DNA of 64,000 bases from Spirochaetia bacterium (GCA_963666985.2 CAXXIA010000002.1:2912001-2976000); one strand, 5' to 3'; numbered from the stretch's first letter, positions 1 to 10,005 are shown. Notes: generated by a model from the sequence alone, not told the origin. A program made the numbers and translations.

Positions 1-1
1 G

Positions 2-232
2 GACGAGCCTTTCTCTTCGCTGGATCCGGACCTCCGGGTGCGTATCGTGGAAAGAGTTCGTCCGCGGCTTTCGGGGAAAACAGTTATTCTTGTAACACAC
101 GATTACACTGCGGCCGAGGCGCTTTCGGACGCCATCTACAGACTTTCAATGCCTCCTGTGCGCTTAACGTCCGTGGATAAGGCCGATGTAAAAAGCGAGC
201 TGGACCGGATTAAACGAATGGATTCGGATTAG
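2..232 (+). CDS. ABC transporter ATP-binding protein, C-terminal fragment (truncated by window start)
   Basis: Frame from nt 2 reads DEPFSSLDPDLRVRI...TVILVTHD: Walker B/D-loop and H-loop. Confidence 0.85.
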   Translation, partial: DEPFSSLDPDLRVRIVERVRPRLSGKTVILVTHDYTAAEALSDAIYRLSMPPVRLTSVDKADVKSELDRIKRMDSD

Positions 233-1440
233 AGCGTCCATTCTCCGCCGAAAAAGAGAACCAGATCGGGGCCTTCCCAGGTGAGAGGATCTTCTTCGAA
301 ATAGAACTGCCAGACGAACCTGTCAAAGCGGCCTTTCACGCCGATTTTCAAATCGAGCTGCGGGAGCGAGAACATGGTTCGGACGCCGAAAACATCATGG
401 TAGTAGGTTTCCGTTCCTATGACAGGCGACCTCTGGATGTTGCCTTGGATAAGGAGCGACCAATCCGGGCCGAGACGGAATTCCGCCGCCGGGATGAACT
501 GGTACATAAACCGTCCGTCCGGCCCCAGCGGAAGAATCATTCCCGCGGTGTTATAGAACGCCCAGCGCGGCCGGGGCCGCCAGTCGGCGATAAAGGCAAG
601 GCCTAAATCGGGATAGCCCGATCCGTAACCGACTTCGCGCCGGCCGATGGGAATTTTAAAGGCGCCGCAGAGGGCCAGATCGGCTCGGGATCGTTCCCAA
701 AAAGTCCAAAGAGCCCTTAGATCCAAATCTCCCAACCCCGCGACAACACCGGATCCTTCGTAGTTTCCGGCATTCGAAGTTTTAATGTTCCAGTACGAAC
801 GGTTTTGGTCGAAGTATTCCCGGCCGGCGTTGCTGAGTCCGAAGAGAGCATGGAATCCTTCGATGAGGCTATCGGCGAATCCCGGATAGCGGATGTGCAG
901 GCGGCCGTCGGCGCTGAAGCGCCAGTGATCGAAGGCCTGCCAGTCCACTCCGAGTTTCCACACGGTGCTTTCATAGTCCAGAGCCGTATAATCGTCCTGG
1001 TCGTCCACTTTGCCGTCGTCGTCGGCATCGGACAAATCCAAGTCCACGGGATAGGAAGAGAATTCGTTCAGAAAGGACAATGACGATCGGAGATGAATGG
1101 TTCCTTTATCGAGAGCGGCGGCGCTTTCGGCGGGAAAGCTGAACCAGGGAAGGTGCGGGGCGTAGAGGTTCCGGCCTCCTAAGGGACCTAAGGGTTCTGA
1201 ATCGGCGAGAGACTGCGCCGTGAGGATTCGGGGCGAGGCAAGAGCGATAAAAATAATCAGGAGTGCCGAGGTTCGGCGGCGGAAGAACGTAATGAAGGGC
1301 GTATGACGGCCCCGGCGGCCTCGGAATGCGCCGGGGTTGGCGGGTGTGGAAGAAGCCGAACGGCCGGAGTGGTTCCCGGTTGCGCACCATCGTTCCGTTT
1401 TTAAAGAGCCCTCGGTCGTTTGTGCGCTTCTTGAATTCAC
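229..1440 (-). CDS. Probable outer-membrane beta-barrel protein (DUF3187-like)
   Basis: Signal-peptide-like ALLIIFIALAS, alternating aromatic beta-strands, C-terminal GGEWTL. GTG start overlaps the upstream stop; start uncertain. Confidence 0.55.
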   Translation of the reverse strand: MNSRSAQTTEGSLKTERWCATGNHSGRSASSTPANPGAFRGRRGRHTPFITFFRRRTSALLIIFIALASPRILTAQSLADSEPLGPLGGRNLYAPHLPWFSFPAESAAALDKGTIHLRSSLSFLNEFSSYPVDLDLSDADDDGKVDDQDDYTALDYESTVWKLGVDWQAFDHWRFSADGRLHIRYPGFADSLIEGFHALFGLSNAGREYFDQNRSYWNIKTSNAGNYEGSGVVAGLGDLDLRALWTFWERSRADLALCGAFKIPIGRREVGYGSGYPDLGLAFIADWRPRPRWAFYNTAGMILPLGPDGRFMYQFIPAAEFRLGPDWSLLIQGNIQRSPVIGTETYYHDVFGVRTMFSLPQLDLKIGVKGRFDRFVWQFYFEEDPLTWEGPDLVLFFGGEWTL

Positions 1441-3320
1441 TCTACGTCCCGTGCGGCCAATTCTTCCCACCGAGAGGTCCGTTCGGCAATTTCCGCGAGC
1501 AGCGGTCCGTGCCGTTTCCCGGCCTCGGCAAGCGCTTCGGCATCCGGTGAACCGCTGGAAAAGACGCGTTCAATTTCCGTCAGTTCATCTTCCAGCATCC
1601 CGATGGACTCCATCAATTCTTCCATTTCCTTTTTTTCTTTATAAGATAATCCTTTCTTGGGTTCCCGGTTCGACCGCTGAGCCGCGACGGCCGCCGTTCT
1701 TCGGGACTCACGAGCCGCCAGCGATTCGGAGCGTTCATCATTTCTTGCCGTTTCGCGGTATTCGGACCATGTGCCGGAGAAACCCGCCACGGATCCCCGT
1801 CCGTCGAGGATAAAGAAATAATCGACAACGCGTTCCAGAAAGGTTCGATCGTGAGAAACCGCCATCAGACAGCCTTCGAATCCTTCCAGAAAGTTTTCCA
1901 AGAGACCGAGTGTTTCCAAATCCAAATCGTTGGTGGGTTCATCGAGCAGAAGGAAGTTCGGTTCGCTCATCAGCAGACGGACAAGCTGTAGCCTTCGCCG
2001 TTCTCCTCCCGAAAGATACCGAATTTTCCCGCGTGCCGCGGCAACAGGGAAGCCGAAACGTTCCAGCCATCCGGATACGTCGATTAAGCCTCCGTCGGCC
2101 CGGCGTACATGCTCGGCCTCTTCCTTCATATAGTCGATGAGCGTCGAATCCTCATCCGCCCTCAGCGGCGATTGATCCAGCACGGCGAATCGGGTGTTCA
2201 CTCCCACGTCGATTCGTCCCGCATCGGGGGCCAGATGTCCCGCGATAAGAGAGATCAGCGTTGTTTTGCCGGCCCCGTTGGGCCCGGCGATCCCGATCCG
2301 CTCTCCTCTTCGGAAGCTGTAGGAAAACGGCGTGATGACTTTTCTCTCGCCGCGGGAAACCTCGACATTCACCAATTCGAGAACCTTTTTCCCCAAACGG
2401 CGGCCGCCGGCGGTAAATTCCGAAAGGCGCCTCACATCGGCCTGGGGCGCGTCCTGAAGATTCTCAATCCGGGCCAGTCTTTTTTTATCTTTACCGGTCC
2501 GAGCTTTCGGACCGCGGCTCGCCCATTCCAATTCCCGCCGGAGGATGGTGGCGCGCTTGACGGCGGCCTTTTCCTGTTCTTCCAGTCTTTTCGCTTTCGA
2601 TGTGAGGAATGTGGACCAGTTGCCCGGATATTTCCGTAAGGTTTGATCCTCGAGTTCCAGAATGAAATCGCACACCGAATCGAGAAAACTCCGATCGTGA
2701 GTTACCAGGATATAGCTTTTTCGGCCGGTCTTCAGCCAGCCTTCCAGCCATTCCACGGTCTCCAAATCCAGATGGTTCGTCGGTTCGTCCAGGAGAAGAA
2801 GATCCGCTCCCGAAGCCAGAACCCGCGCCAGATCCGCCTTGCGGAGTTCGCCTCCCGAAAGCGTGTTTAAAGGGCGGGAAAGATCATGAATGCCCAGCTC
2901 GGAGAGAAAGGAGTGGAAGGCTGTTTCCAGATTCCATGCGTCCTCGCGTTCCATGCGGGACTGGAGTTCGGCCAGTTTCTCTCCGGAGGATTCATCATAG
3001 GCTTCCAGAAGAGACTCATATTCCCGAACCAGAGCGGCCTTGGGATCATCGGAACGAAAAACCAAATCCGCCAGAAGGGCACCCTCTTCATACCGGGGAA
3101 TCTGCGGAAGAAAGGCGATCTTTAAATCGCCGCGGTGATGGTAGGCGCCTGTATCCGGCTTTCTTGTTCCGGTCAGCAGGGAAAGGAAGGTTGACTTACC
3201 GGCGCCGTTGGGACCGATAAAGCCGATGCGGTCTCCGGCGTCGATGCCGAGATTCACCTCCCGGAAAAGGGGAGTGTCGCCGAGGGTGAGTGATGCGTCC
3301 ACCAGAGATAGAAGGTTCAT
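1437..3320 (-). CDS. uup: ABC-F family ATP-binding protein (Uup-like)
   Basis: Two ABC cassettes ([29 protein letters not shown]) with no TM segments; C-terminal LSYKEKKE coiled-coil domain. Confidence 0.85.
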   Translation of the reverse strand: MNLLSLVDASLTLGDTPLFREVNLGIDAGDRIGFIGPNGAGKSTFLSLLTGTRKPDTGAYHHRGDLKIAFLPQIPRYEEGALLADLVFRSDDPKAALVREYESLLEAYDESSGEKLAELQSRMEREDAWNLETAFHSFLSELGIHDLSRPLNTLSGGELRKADLARVLASGADLLLLDEPTNHLDLETVEWLEGWLKTGRKSYILVTHDRSFLDSVCDFILELEDQTLRKYPGNWSTFLTSKAKRLEEQEKAAVKRATILRRELEWASRGPKARTGKDKKRLARIENLQDAPQADVRRLSEFTAGGRRLGKKVLELVNVEVSRGERKVITPFSYSFRRGERIGIAGPNGAGKTTLISLIAGHLAPDAGRIDVGVNTRFAVLDQSPLRADEDSTLIDYMKEEAEHVRRADGGLIDVSGWLERFGFPVAAARGKIRYLSGGERRRLQLVRLLMSEPNFLLLDEPTNDLDLETLGLLENFLEGFEGCLMAVSHDRTFLERVVDYFFILDGRGSVAGFSGTWSEYRETARNDERSESLAARESRRTAAVAAQRSNREPKKGLSYKEKKEMEELMESIGMLEDELTEIERVFSSGSPDAEALAEAGKRHGPLLAEIAERTSRWEELAARDVE

Positions 3321-3373
3321 GCGGGGCCTATTGTACCCGGAGTGAAGATGGTGGCCAATGCGGGAGGAATAAC

Positions 3374-4522
3374 TCAGACGACCGCGGAGCGGGATGTTGA
3401 ATAGATCGCGCCTTGCTCCATCTCTACCCGAGAAACAGCGCCTGTATGCGAGGTGAAAATCATTTCGATGCCGTCGAGGTTTTTGATTTTTTCAAATGAT
3501 GCTTTGGCCCTGCGGTGATTCATATTGAAAAGGCGGTAGAACGGACGCAGGGAACCGTTCTGGAAAACCGCCGCGTCTCCGGTAAAGAGAAAGCGGTCGT
3601 TGATAAGGTAGGCTGTATGCCCGAAGGTATGCCCCGGCGTTGCAATCGCCGTTACCCGGATGGAGCCGAAGGTGAGCTGTTCTTTGTCCTGCAGGATTGT
3701 GAAGCCGCGACCGAGCGGTTTGTTTCGATAAAAAGGCAGACGATACTTACGGCCGCTGATCATGGCATCTTCATCCTTTCCTATGAAGAGTTTCGCGTTT
3801 GGGAAGCACTTCAGTCCTTCGCGATGATCCTTGTCCGTATGGGTCAGGAGGACCGCCGAGATTGACTGCGGATCATACCCCAGTTCCCGGATGTTTTCGG
3901 CCAGATGCTCAGCTTTGTACCCTGAGTCGATGCAGATGGTGTGTGATCCGTCGGTAACGAGGAAGACGTTTACGTCTTTATCCCGGATTGCGAAGATCCC
4001 TTCGGTGATTTTCCCGGTCTCGGACGGATAGAAAAAAGCCTGAAACAGTCCTGCCGGATGCGGAATCACGGCCGGTATTCTTCTCCGGTAGGTTTGATAG
4101 GCCTCGCCGAATGCCTCATGCATAACCTTCTCTTCGCGCCGCAGCAGAACGCGCAGGATAAGATAAATCACAACAGGCGGGATGAGCAGAATCAGGGAAT
4201 GCGCGGCGATGCAGAATCCGGAAAGAACAAACAGGATACCCGAATAGATTGGATGGCGCACGATGCCGTACACCCCCTGATCGGCAATAAAGCCCCGCCT
4301 GATACATCCGTCGATCCGGCTTCCCGCGGGAATCCACAGAAAGAAACCCATGCCGATGAGAAGAGCACCGATGAAATAAAAAATCAGGAGTCCTCTGTTT
4401 ATTGAAAAGATTGCGGGGTAACTCCATGCAAGGACGGCGCAGCCGGCGATCATCAAAAGGGAGAGGATGGTGAAAACCGGGCCGACTCCCCATAATGACA
4501 TGGGCTTTGTTTCTTTCTTCAT
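3374..4522 (-). CDS. Fusion of ICMT/PEMT-family membrane methyltransferase and metallo-beta-lactamase-fold hydrolase
   Basis: N-half has TM helices with GVYGIVRHPIYSG, REE and FGEAYQTY; C-half has THTDKDH, TPGHT, LFTGD and SH MBL motifs. Confidence 0.75.
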   Translation of the reverse strand: MKKETKPMSLWGVGPVFTILSLLMIAGCAVLAWSYPAIFSINRGLLIFYFIGALLIGMGFFLWIPAGSRIDGCIRRGFIADQGVYGIVRHPIYSGILFVLSGFCIAAHSLILLIPPVVIYLILRVLLRREEKVMHEAFGEAYQTYRRRIPAVIPHPAGLFQAFFYPSETGKITEGIFAIRDKDVNVFLVTDGSHTICIDSGYKAEHLAENIRELGYDPQSISAVLLTHTDKDHREGLKCFPNAKLFIGKDEDAMISGRKYRLPFYRNKPLGRGFTILQDKEQLTFGSIRVTAIATPGHTFGHTAYLINDRFLFTGDAAVFQNGSLRPFYRLFNMNHRRAKASFEKIKNLDGIEMIFTSHTGAVSRVEMEQGAIYSTSRSAVV

Positions 4523-4621
4523 TTGGATTTTATTGTACCCGGGGTGTGATGAAGTCTCCAACAGGTTCCGGGTGAGTAGTCGTCTCGGAAATTGTAGGTG
4601 ACCAATCTGTATCGGTATATC

Positions 4622-4722
4622 GCAGCCCGGATCGCAGCGGTTACGGCCCGACCGGACCCGGCGGAGCGGACAAGCGGAGCCGGAAAAGGCCGGCGATTAG
4701 GCCGTTTGAGCGGAGAGCCGGA
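4622..4722. repeat. Dispersed intergenic repeat (MITE/REP-like), copy 1
   Basis: Matches the reverse complement of 47426-47571. Confidence 0.8.
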
Positions 4723-4787
4723 AAAGCTGTTCATAACAGAAGAGAAAAACCAACATTCATCCTATAATTAAAATATGTTTAGAGTTG

Positions 4788-6203
4788 ATGATTATGAATG
4801 AGAACGGCGGCAAAGACGAAAATCAAGATCTCATTATAAGCGGGGAGATTAGCAATATCCCCATCTGCACTTTGTTTCGTTATAGTGAAGAAGAAATCCT
4901 GACTCGTAAAATTTCCATGAATCTGGATGATCTTACTCCTGTTTCGGAAGCGGAGAAAATTCTGCTGGAAGGGATTGATCTGAGTCGATACGGGTATGTT
5001 GATCCGGATACTCAAGAAATAAAAACACTGACCATCGACGTCCTTAAAACGCCTTCCAAGATAAGATTACCCAATGAGTTGCTGCTGAAAATATTGGAAA
5101 ACGCCGCCGATAATTTGGCGGGCGGAGATGAAGCGGTTTTTAAAGCCGGTAAGAGGGCGGCGGAATTCATTCCTGAGCTTCGAAAATTAATCGTGTATAT
5201 GAAGGTTCTGCCTCCACAGTTTTTTCTGCAGCAGGTAAAAAGATTTGCGGGCGGACTTTCCACAAGATCTGTAGAGCTGGATCTTCATCAAAAGAATTCC
5301 ATGCATATCAATCTGCATTATCCGGAGGATATGACGAAGAATAACGGATGTGTAACATCCGGAGCACGCTGCGCGGGCTTTCGGGGATCGGTTGATGCGA
5401 TTCTTTCGTTAATGGATCTTGAAAATGTCAAAATTACCGAAAGCCATTGTATGGTCGATGGAGCCGAGTACTGTGAATTTGATGTCTCTTGGGATCCTCC
5501 CGGTGTTTTGAAGAGACTGAAGAATATTCTCATGTTTACTATGTTTCGTGAGATTTATGATTCGTTTCATGAAACCGAAACTTCCAAGGATCATGAGATT
5601 TTCGTTATTACGGCCAACCTCAGGGCGGAGCAGAAAAAACTTGAATCGGCTCTCAAACAGCTTGATGCCGCCAATAAAAGACTTGAGATGCTTTCGATAA
5701 CCGACGGACTTACCGAGGTTCGGAATCGGGGTTTTTTCGATAAAGAAATGCCCAGGCTGTGCCGGATTATGTCCAGAACAAAAAACAATTATCTTTCGCT
5801 TTTAATCGTTGATATCGATCATTTCAAGTCGGTCAACGATACCTACGGGCATCAGGCGGGAGATATAACGCTGAGCAGAGTTGCTTCCATCATACAGACT
5901 TACGCACGGCGTCCCGAGGATTTCGTGGCCAGATACGGCGGTGAGGAGTTCACCGTTGTTCTGCCGTATACGGATCCCGAGAATGCGCTGAACATCGCCG
6001 AATCCCTCAGGGAAGCCATAGCCGAGTCTTATGACTGCAGGCCGAAGCTTGATCATCCGATTACGGTCAGTGTCGGTGTCTGCACCAAACAACTTGAAGA
6101 AACGGATTTTGACGGATTTGTTAATGAACTCATCGCACAAGCGGATAAAAATCTTTATCAGGCGAAAGAGAGCGGCCGCAACCGCGTGGTTGCCAGCAGC
6201 TGA
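4788..6203 (+). CDS. Diguanylate cyclase with V4R-like sensor domain
   Basis: ESHCMVDGAEYCEFDVSW (V4R-type), coiled coil, DIDHFKSVNDTYGH, RPED I-site, GGEEF. Confidence 0.85.
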   Translation: MIMNENGGKDENQDLIISGEISNIPICTLFRYSEEEILTRKISMNLDDLTPVSEAEKILLEGIDLSRYGYVDPDTQEIKTLTIDVLKTPSKIRLPNELLLKILENAADNLAGGDEAVFKAGKRAAEFIPELRKLIVYMKVLPPQFFLQQVKRFAGGLSTRSVELDLHQKNSMHINLHYPEDMTKNNGCVTSGARCAGFRGSVDAILSLMDLENVKITESHCMVDGAEYCEFDVSWDPPGVLKRLKNILMFTMFREIYDSFHETETSKDHEIFVITANLRAEQKKLESALKQLDAANKRLEMLSITDGLTEVRNRGFFDKEMPRLCRIMSRTKNNYLSLLIVDIDHFKSVNDTYGHQAGDITLSRVASIIQTYARRPEDFVARYGGEEFTVVLPYTDPENALNIAESLREAIAESYDCRPKLDHPITVSVGVCTKQLEETDFDGFVNELIAQADKNLYQAKESGRNRVVASS

Positions 6204-6351
6204 TTCACGAAGCGAATGAGCGAGACTTAAACAGTTGAATCGCGAAGCGATTTAACGAGCAATAGCTGTTTCGCAGAGCGAAATAGCGAGCAACAGTTGT
6301 TTCGCAACGCGAAATAACGAACCTTAAACAGCGTGTTCGGCAACGCCGAAC
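6201..6351. repeat. Hairpin array with three tandem 31-bp units (6230-6322); attC/REP-like
   Basis: Units start at 6230, 6261 and 6292, each a 10-bp stem with a 3-nt loop; CTTAAACAG occurs at both ends. Confidence 0.75.
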
Positions 6352-6407
6352 CGCAAGTCCGGCGGCCGACAGTTGAGTTCTCCGACTCCGGCGGCCGCTT
6401 CCCCGAT

Positions 6408-7550
6408 TTATTTTCCCGCGATTCGCATCCCGATACGAATCATTCTGCAGGCCCGCTCGGCGGCGTCTTTCAAGGATTCGGCGGAGCAGGCGATTGCCTC
6501 TTCAAGAGTCATGGTTTTGGAGACGGTGCTCATGATGGAGTCTATTCCGTAAGCGTACACGGCCGATGCGCCTTCCCCGATGTTGCCGACGATCGCCAAT
6601 ACAGGCAGTCCTGCGGGTTTTGACCGGGAGGCGACTCCGATGGGCACTTTTCCCCGGATCGATTGACCGTCGATTTTCCCTTCTCCGGTAATGACCAGAT
6701 CCGCCCCTTTGATTTTTTCCTCAAAATCGGTCAAATCCAGAATGGTATCGATGCCGCTTTTCATTACCGCGTCGCAGAATGCGTTCAGTCCGAATCCCAA
6801 ACCGCCGGCCGCGCCGGCTCCCGGTATGTTCCGCATGGAGCGGCCCTTCCATCGTTCCACGACATCGGCGAATCGGCCCAGCGCGGCATCGAGTTCTTTC
6901 ACCATGACAGGATCGGCTCCTTTTTGGGGACCGTAAATGAAAGAAGCGCCGTTTTCGCCCAGCAGGGGATTATCCACGTCGCAGGCCACGTGAATCACGG
7001 CCTCTTTAAGCCGCTGATCGGCGGCCGAGTCGTCGATGGAGGCGATGTCGGCCAAGGCGGCGCCGCCGGGGGGAAGTTCCCTGCCGTTTGAATCTTTGAG
7101 TGAAAAGCCCAGAGCCTGGGCCATTCCGGCGCCGCCGTCGTTGGTGGCGCTTCCGCCGATGCCTATGGTGATGTCGCGGTAACCGGCGTCAAGGGCCGCG
7201 CGCAGAATCTGGCCTGTTCCGTATGTGCCGGCAATTCGAGGATTCTTTTCGTTTTCCAAAAGAAGAGGCAGTCCGCTGGCGGCGGCCATTTCCGCGACGA
7301 CTTTACCGCCGACGACGCCGTAGAAGGCGTCCGTCGAGCGGCCCAGAGGATCGGTCGCCTTAACGGTGACCGTTTCACCGCCCAAACCGCCGACCAAGGC
7401 TTCAACGGTGCCTTCCCCGCCGTCCGCGATGGGAATCTTTACGTATTCTGCGTCGGGGAAAACGGCTTTGGAGCCTTCTTCGATGAGTCCGGCGACTTTC
7501 AGACTGCTGTTGCTGCCTTTATAGGAATCCGATGCAATGACGATTTTCAC
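6408..7550 (-). CDS. glxK: Glycerate kinase (class I, GlxK/GarK)
   Basis: KIVIASDSYKGS, IADGGEGT, GIGGSATNDGG, GAGAAGG, TGEG; GGAGG RBS before GTG at 7550. Confidence 0.9.
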   Translation of the reverse strand: MKIVIASDSYKGSNSSLKVAGLIEEGSKAVFPDAEYVKIPIADGGEGTVEALVGGLGGETVTVKATDPLGRSTDAFYGVVGGKVVAEMAAASGLPLLLENEKNPRIAGTYGTGQILRAALDAGYRDITIGIGGSATNDGGAGMAQALGFSLKDSNGRELPPGGAALADIASIDDSAADQRLKEAVIHVACDVDNPLLGENGASFIYGPQKGADPVMVKELDAALGRFADVVERWKGRSMRNIPGAGAAGGLGFGLNAFCDAVMKSGIDTILDLTDFEEKIKGADLVITGEGKIDGQSIRGKVPIGVASRSKPAGLPVLAIVGNIGEGASAVYAYGIDSIMSTVSKTMTLEEAIACSAESLKDAAERACRMIRIGMRIAGK

Positions 7551-7844
7551 AAAATCCTCCCCTTTCACGGTAAACGGCGGGAATTGAAGAGATATACCCG
7601 GCATGGATGCTGATGAACTCCGTTTCCATTCTTAGTCTAACGGGTGAACGCCATTCTGTCGAAAGGAGTTAAAAGGAGCCGAAAGGAAAAGAGGGTACCG
7701 GGCTTTCTGAAGAGCCTCCGACTGTTACAGTGCGGTGAAATCCGACCTTCACTTGGCCGGAATCGGAGTCTGTGCGGGCTATGAGTCCTCATGAAGAGCC
7801 GAATGCGGCATCATGTACTGACGATTTACCGGCTGAAAAGCTGA

Positions 7845-8675
7845 TTAGAGCCTTACGTCGTCTCGGTGCCGCAGTACAGCCGTTGATCGGCCGAGAACGG
7901 CGGTAGCCCAAAGCCTCCGGATACGGCCATAGATCAAAACCGCGACAATTTTATTCAGGAAACCTGGAATCACGGATGTTTTTCGTCCCAATGCGCGAAC
8001 GGCCGACTTGGCGACAGCTCGCGATGACTGGACCGGTGCCCCCGGGCCTTGTTTCACGACGCTGTCTCTGTATCCCGGCGTATCCGTGGCCCCGGCGATG
8101 CAGGCCATGATATCAACGCCTTCTTTTCGTGCCTCGGCACCGGTTCCTTCGGCGAAAATAATGTTCCAGGCTTTTGAAGCGGCGTAGGCGGCCACATACG
8201 GCGTTCCGCCCAGACCCGACAGTGACGAGAGGAGGATAATTCCGCCCCTACGGCCCGTTTCCATCCAGCGTTTTCTAAAAAGGTTGCCGGCTCCATGGAC
8301 CACGTTGAGCGGTGAAGCAACATTGACAGCCACTGTTCTTTGAGCCGCATTCAGGTCCATGTCTAAAAAGGGGCCGATGGGGCTCGCGGCAGCGTTATAT
8401 ATGATAAGACCTAAATCCTTTTCACCGATAACCGTTTCGATGTTCCGCCACGGATTGGGAAGAGACAGATCGAGAATGAGGATTTCTGTATCGATTTTGT
8501 ATTGGACCTTGAGGTATTCGGCGGCTTTTAGAAGAGGGGCTTCTCGCCTGGCCGCCAGAATCAGTGACAGACCCGCGGCGGCAAGTTCCTCGGCGAAAGC
8601 AAAACCAATGCCTTCCGATGCGCCCATAACGGCGGCCCATCGTCCGTATTTTTCTACAATGCGGTTTTTTTTCAT
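7845..8675 (-). CDS. Short-chain dehydrogenase/reductase
   Basis: GASEGIG Rossmann motif, YNAA, catalytic S and YAASK. Confidence 0.9.
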   Translation of the reverse strand: MKKNRIVEKYGRWAAVMGASEGIGFAFAEELAAAGLSLILAARREAPLLKAAEYLKVQYKIDTEILILDLSLPNPWRNIETVIGEKDLGLIIYNAAASPIGPFLDMDLNAAQRTVAVNVASPLNVVHGAGNLFRKRWMETGRRGGIILLSSLSGLGGTPYVAAYAASKAWNIIFAEGTGAEARKEGVDIMACIAGATDTPGYRDSVVKQGPGAPVQSSRAVAKSAVRALGRKTSVIPGFLNKIVAVLIYGRIRRLWATAVLGRSTAVLRHRDDVRL

Positions 8676-8918
8676 CAATAACTCCCCGGGGTAAGGGTCG
8701 GAACTCTCGAGATTCTCTTTTCTTGAACTTTATTCCCGATGGCGGTCGGCGACAATAGTCCGACTTTCGAATATAAGAGATGTACGGCGGATCAGAATCT
8801 TCATGTGAAACGGGAATGCCGGTAAAGGTACTTGCGGTTGATTATTTAAAGGGAATAGACTTCGGTTTTCCGCAGGTCGGTAAAAACCGATGGAATGGAA
8901 TAAGGAGCGATCGACACC

Positions 8919-9860
8919 ATGGCCGAGAAACTCGTTATCGCAGTCGGCGGAAACGCCCTCATTGAAGACCCCCATCACATTTCCGTTCATGCCCAATACC
9001 TCGCGGCCCGGCATGCCGCCGAGAGCCTCGGAGGTTTGATGGCCGCCGGTCATCATATTTCCATCGTGCATGGCAACGGCCCTCAGGTGGGATTCATTCT
9101 CCGGCGGGCCGAATTGGCCCGCGGCGTGCTTCATGAAGTTCCTCTCGATTCCTGCGTGGCGGATACTCAAGGAGCTCTCGGCTACAACCTTCAGATGGCC
9201 CTCGGGAATGAGATTACGGCGAGAAAACTGAATCGAAGCGCCGCGACCGTGGTTACTCAGGTTTTGGTTGACCGTGACGATCCGGCGTTTTTGAATCCGG
9301 TGAAACCGATCGGCGGATTCATGGACGAAGAAGAGGCTCGGCGCCGCGGCGAAGAAGAAGGCTGGAAGGTTGTTGAGGATGCGGGAAGAGGATGGCGGCG
9401 CGTCGTACCGTCGCCCGAACCGAAGAGTATTCTGGAATTGGACGTAATCCGCTCCCTTGTGGACGCGGGAGTTGTCACCATCGCGGTCGGCGGCGGAGGA
9501 ATCCCCGTGGCTCCGGGAATATCGGGAGAGCTGGAGGGAGTTGAGGCGGTTATCGATAAAGATAAGGCGGCTTCCCTGCTCGCCGTGTCGCTGAACGCCG
9601 ACAGGCTGATTATTTCAACGGCCGTTCCCCGTGTCTGTATCGATTACGGGAAGCCGACGCAGAAGGAACTGACGAAGATCAATGTCGCGGAGGCGGAATC
9701 TCTGGCCGCTCAAGGGCAGTTCGCTCCGGGCAGCATGCTTCCGAAAATTGAAGCGGTGGTGGCCTTTATCAAGAAAACGGGCCGGGAAGGACTCATTACC
9801 GATCCGCCGCATTTGGCCGCCGCTTTGAAAGGGCGGGCGGGGACGAGGATTGTTCCTTGA
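8919..9860 (+). CDS. arcC: Carbamate kinase
   Basis: AVGGNAL, HGNGPQVG, KPIG, GRGWRRVVPSP, GGGGIPV, VIDKD, GSMLPK. Confidence 0.93.
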   Translation: MAEKLVIAVGGNALIEDPHHISVHAQYLAARHAAESLGGLMAAGHHISIVHGNGPQVGFILRRAELARGVLHEVPLDSCVADTQGALGYNLQMALGNEITARKLNRSAATVVTQVLVDRDDPAFLNPVKPIGGFMDEEEARRRGEEEGWKVVEDAGRGWRRVVPSPEPKSILELDVIRSLVDAGVVTIAVGGGGIPVAPGISGELEGVEAVIDKDKAASLLAVSLNADRLIISTAVPRVCIDYGKPTQKELTKINVAEAESLAAQGQFAPGSMLPKIEAVVAFIKKTGREGLITDPPHLAAALKGRAGTRIVP

Positions 9861-9873
9861 AATTGATGAAATC

Positions 9874-9921
9874 GTCAATATTGGTATTGTATATTGACAT
9901 ATTTTGAAGATTGGATAAGAT
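9874..9921 (+). promoter_or_regulatory. Sigma70 promoter of serC with overlapping inverted repeat
   Basis: TTGACA (9894-9899), 16 bp, TAAGAT (9916-9921); GTCAATAT-N9-ATATTGAC dyad covers the -35. Confidence 0.6.
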
Positions 9922-10005
9922 TAATGAAAGGAGCATCGCAGATCTTGATATTTTTGTGATGCAGGATCACAATAAAATCCATTAAGGAAAACAGGAGTTC
10001 GATCC

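Noticed and set aside
6230..6322. CRISPR array
   Set aside because: The 31-bp units abut with no unique spacers, and no cas genes are present.
8919..9860. Arginine deiminase operon
   Set aside because: arcC stands alone; no arcA, arcB or arcD in the window.
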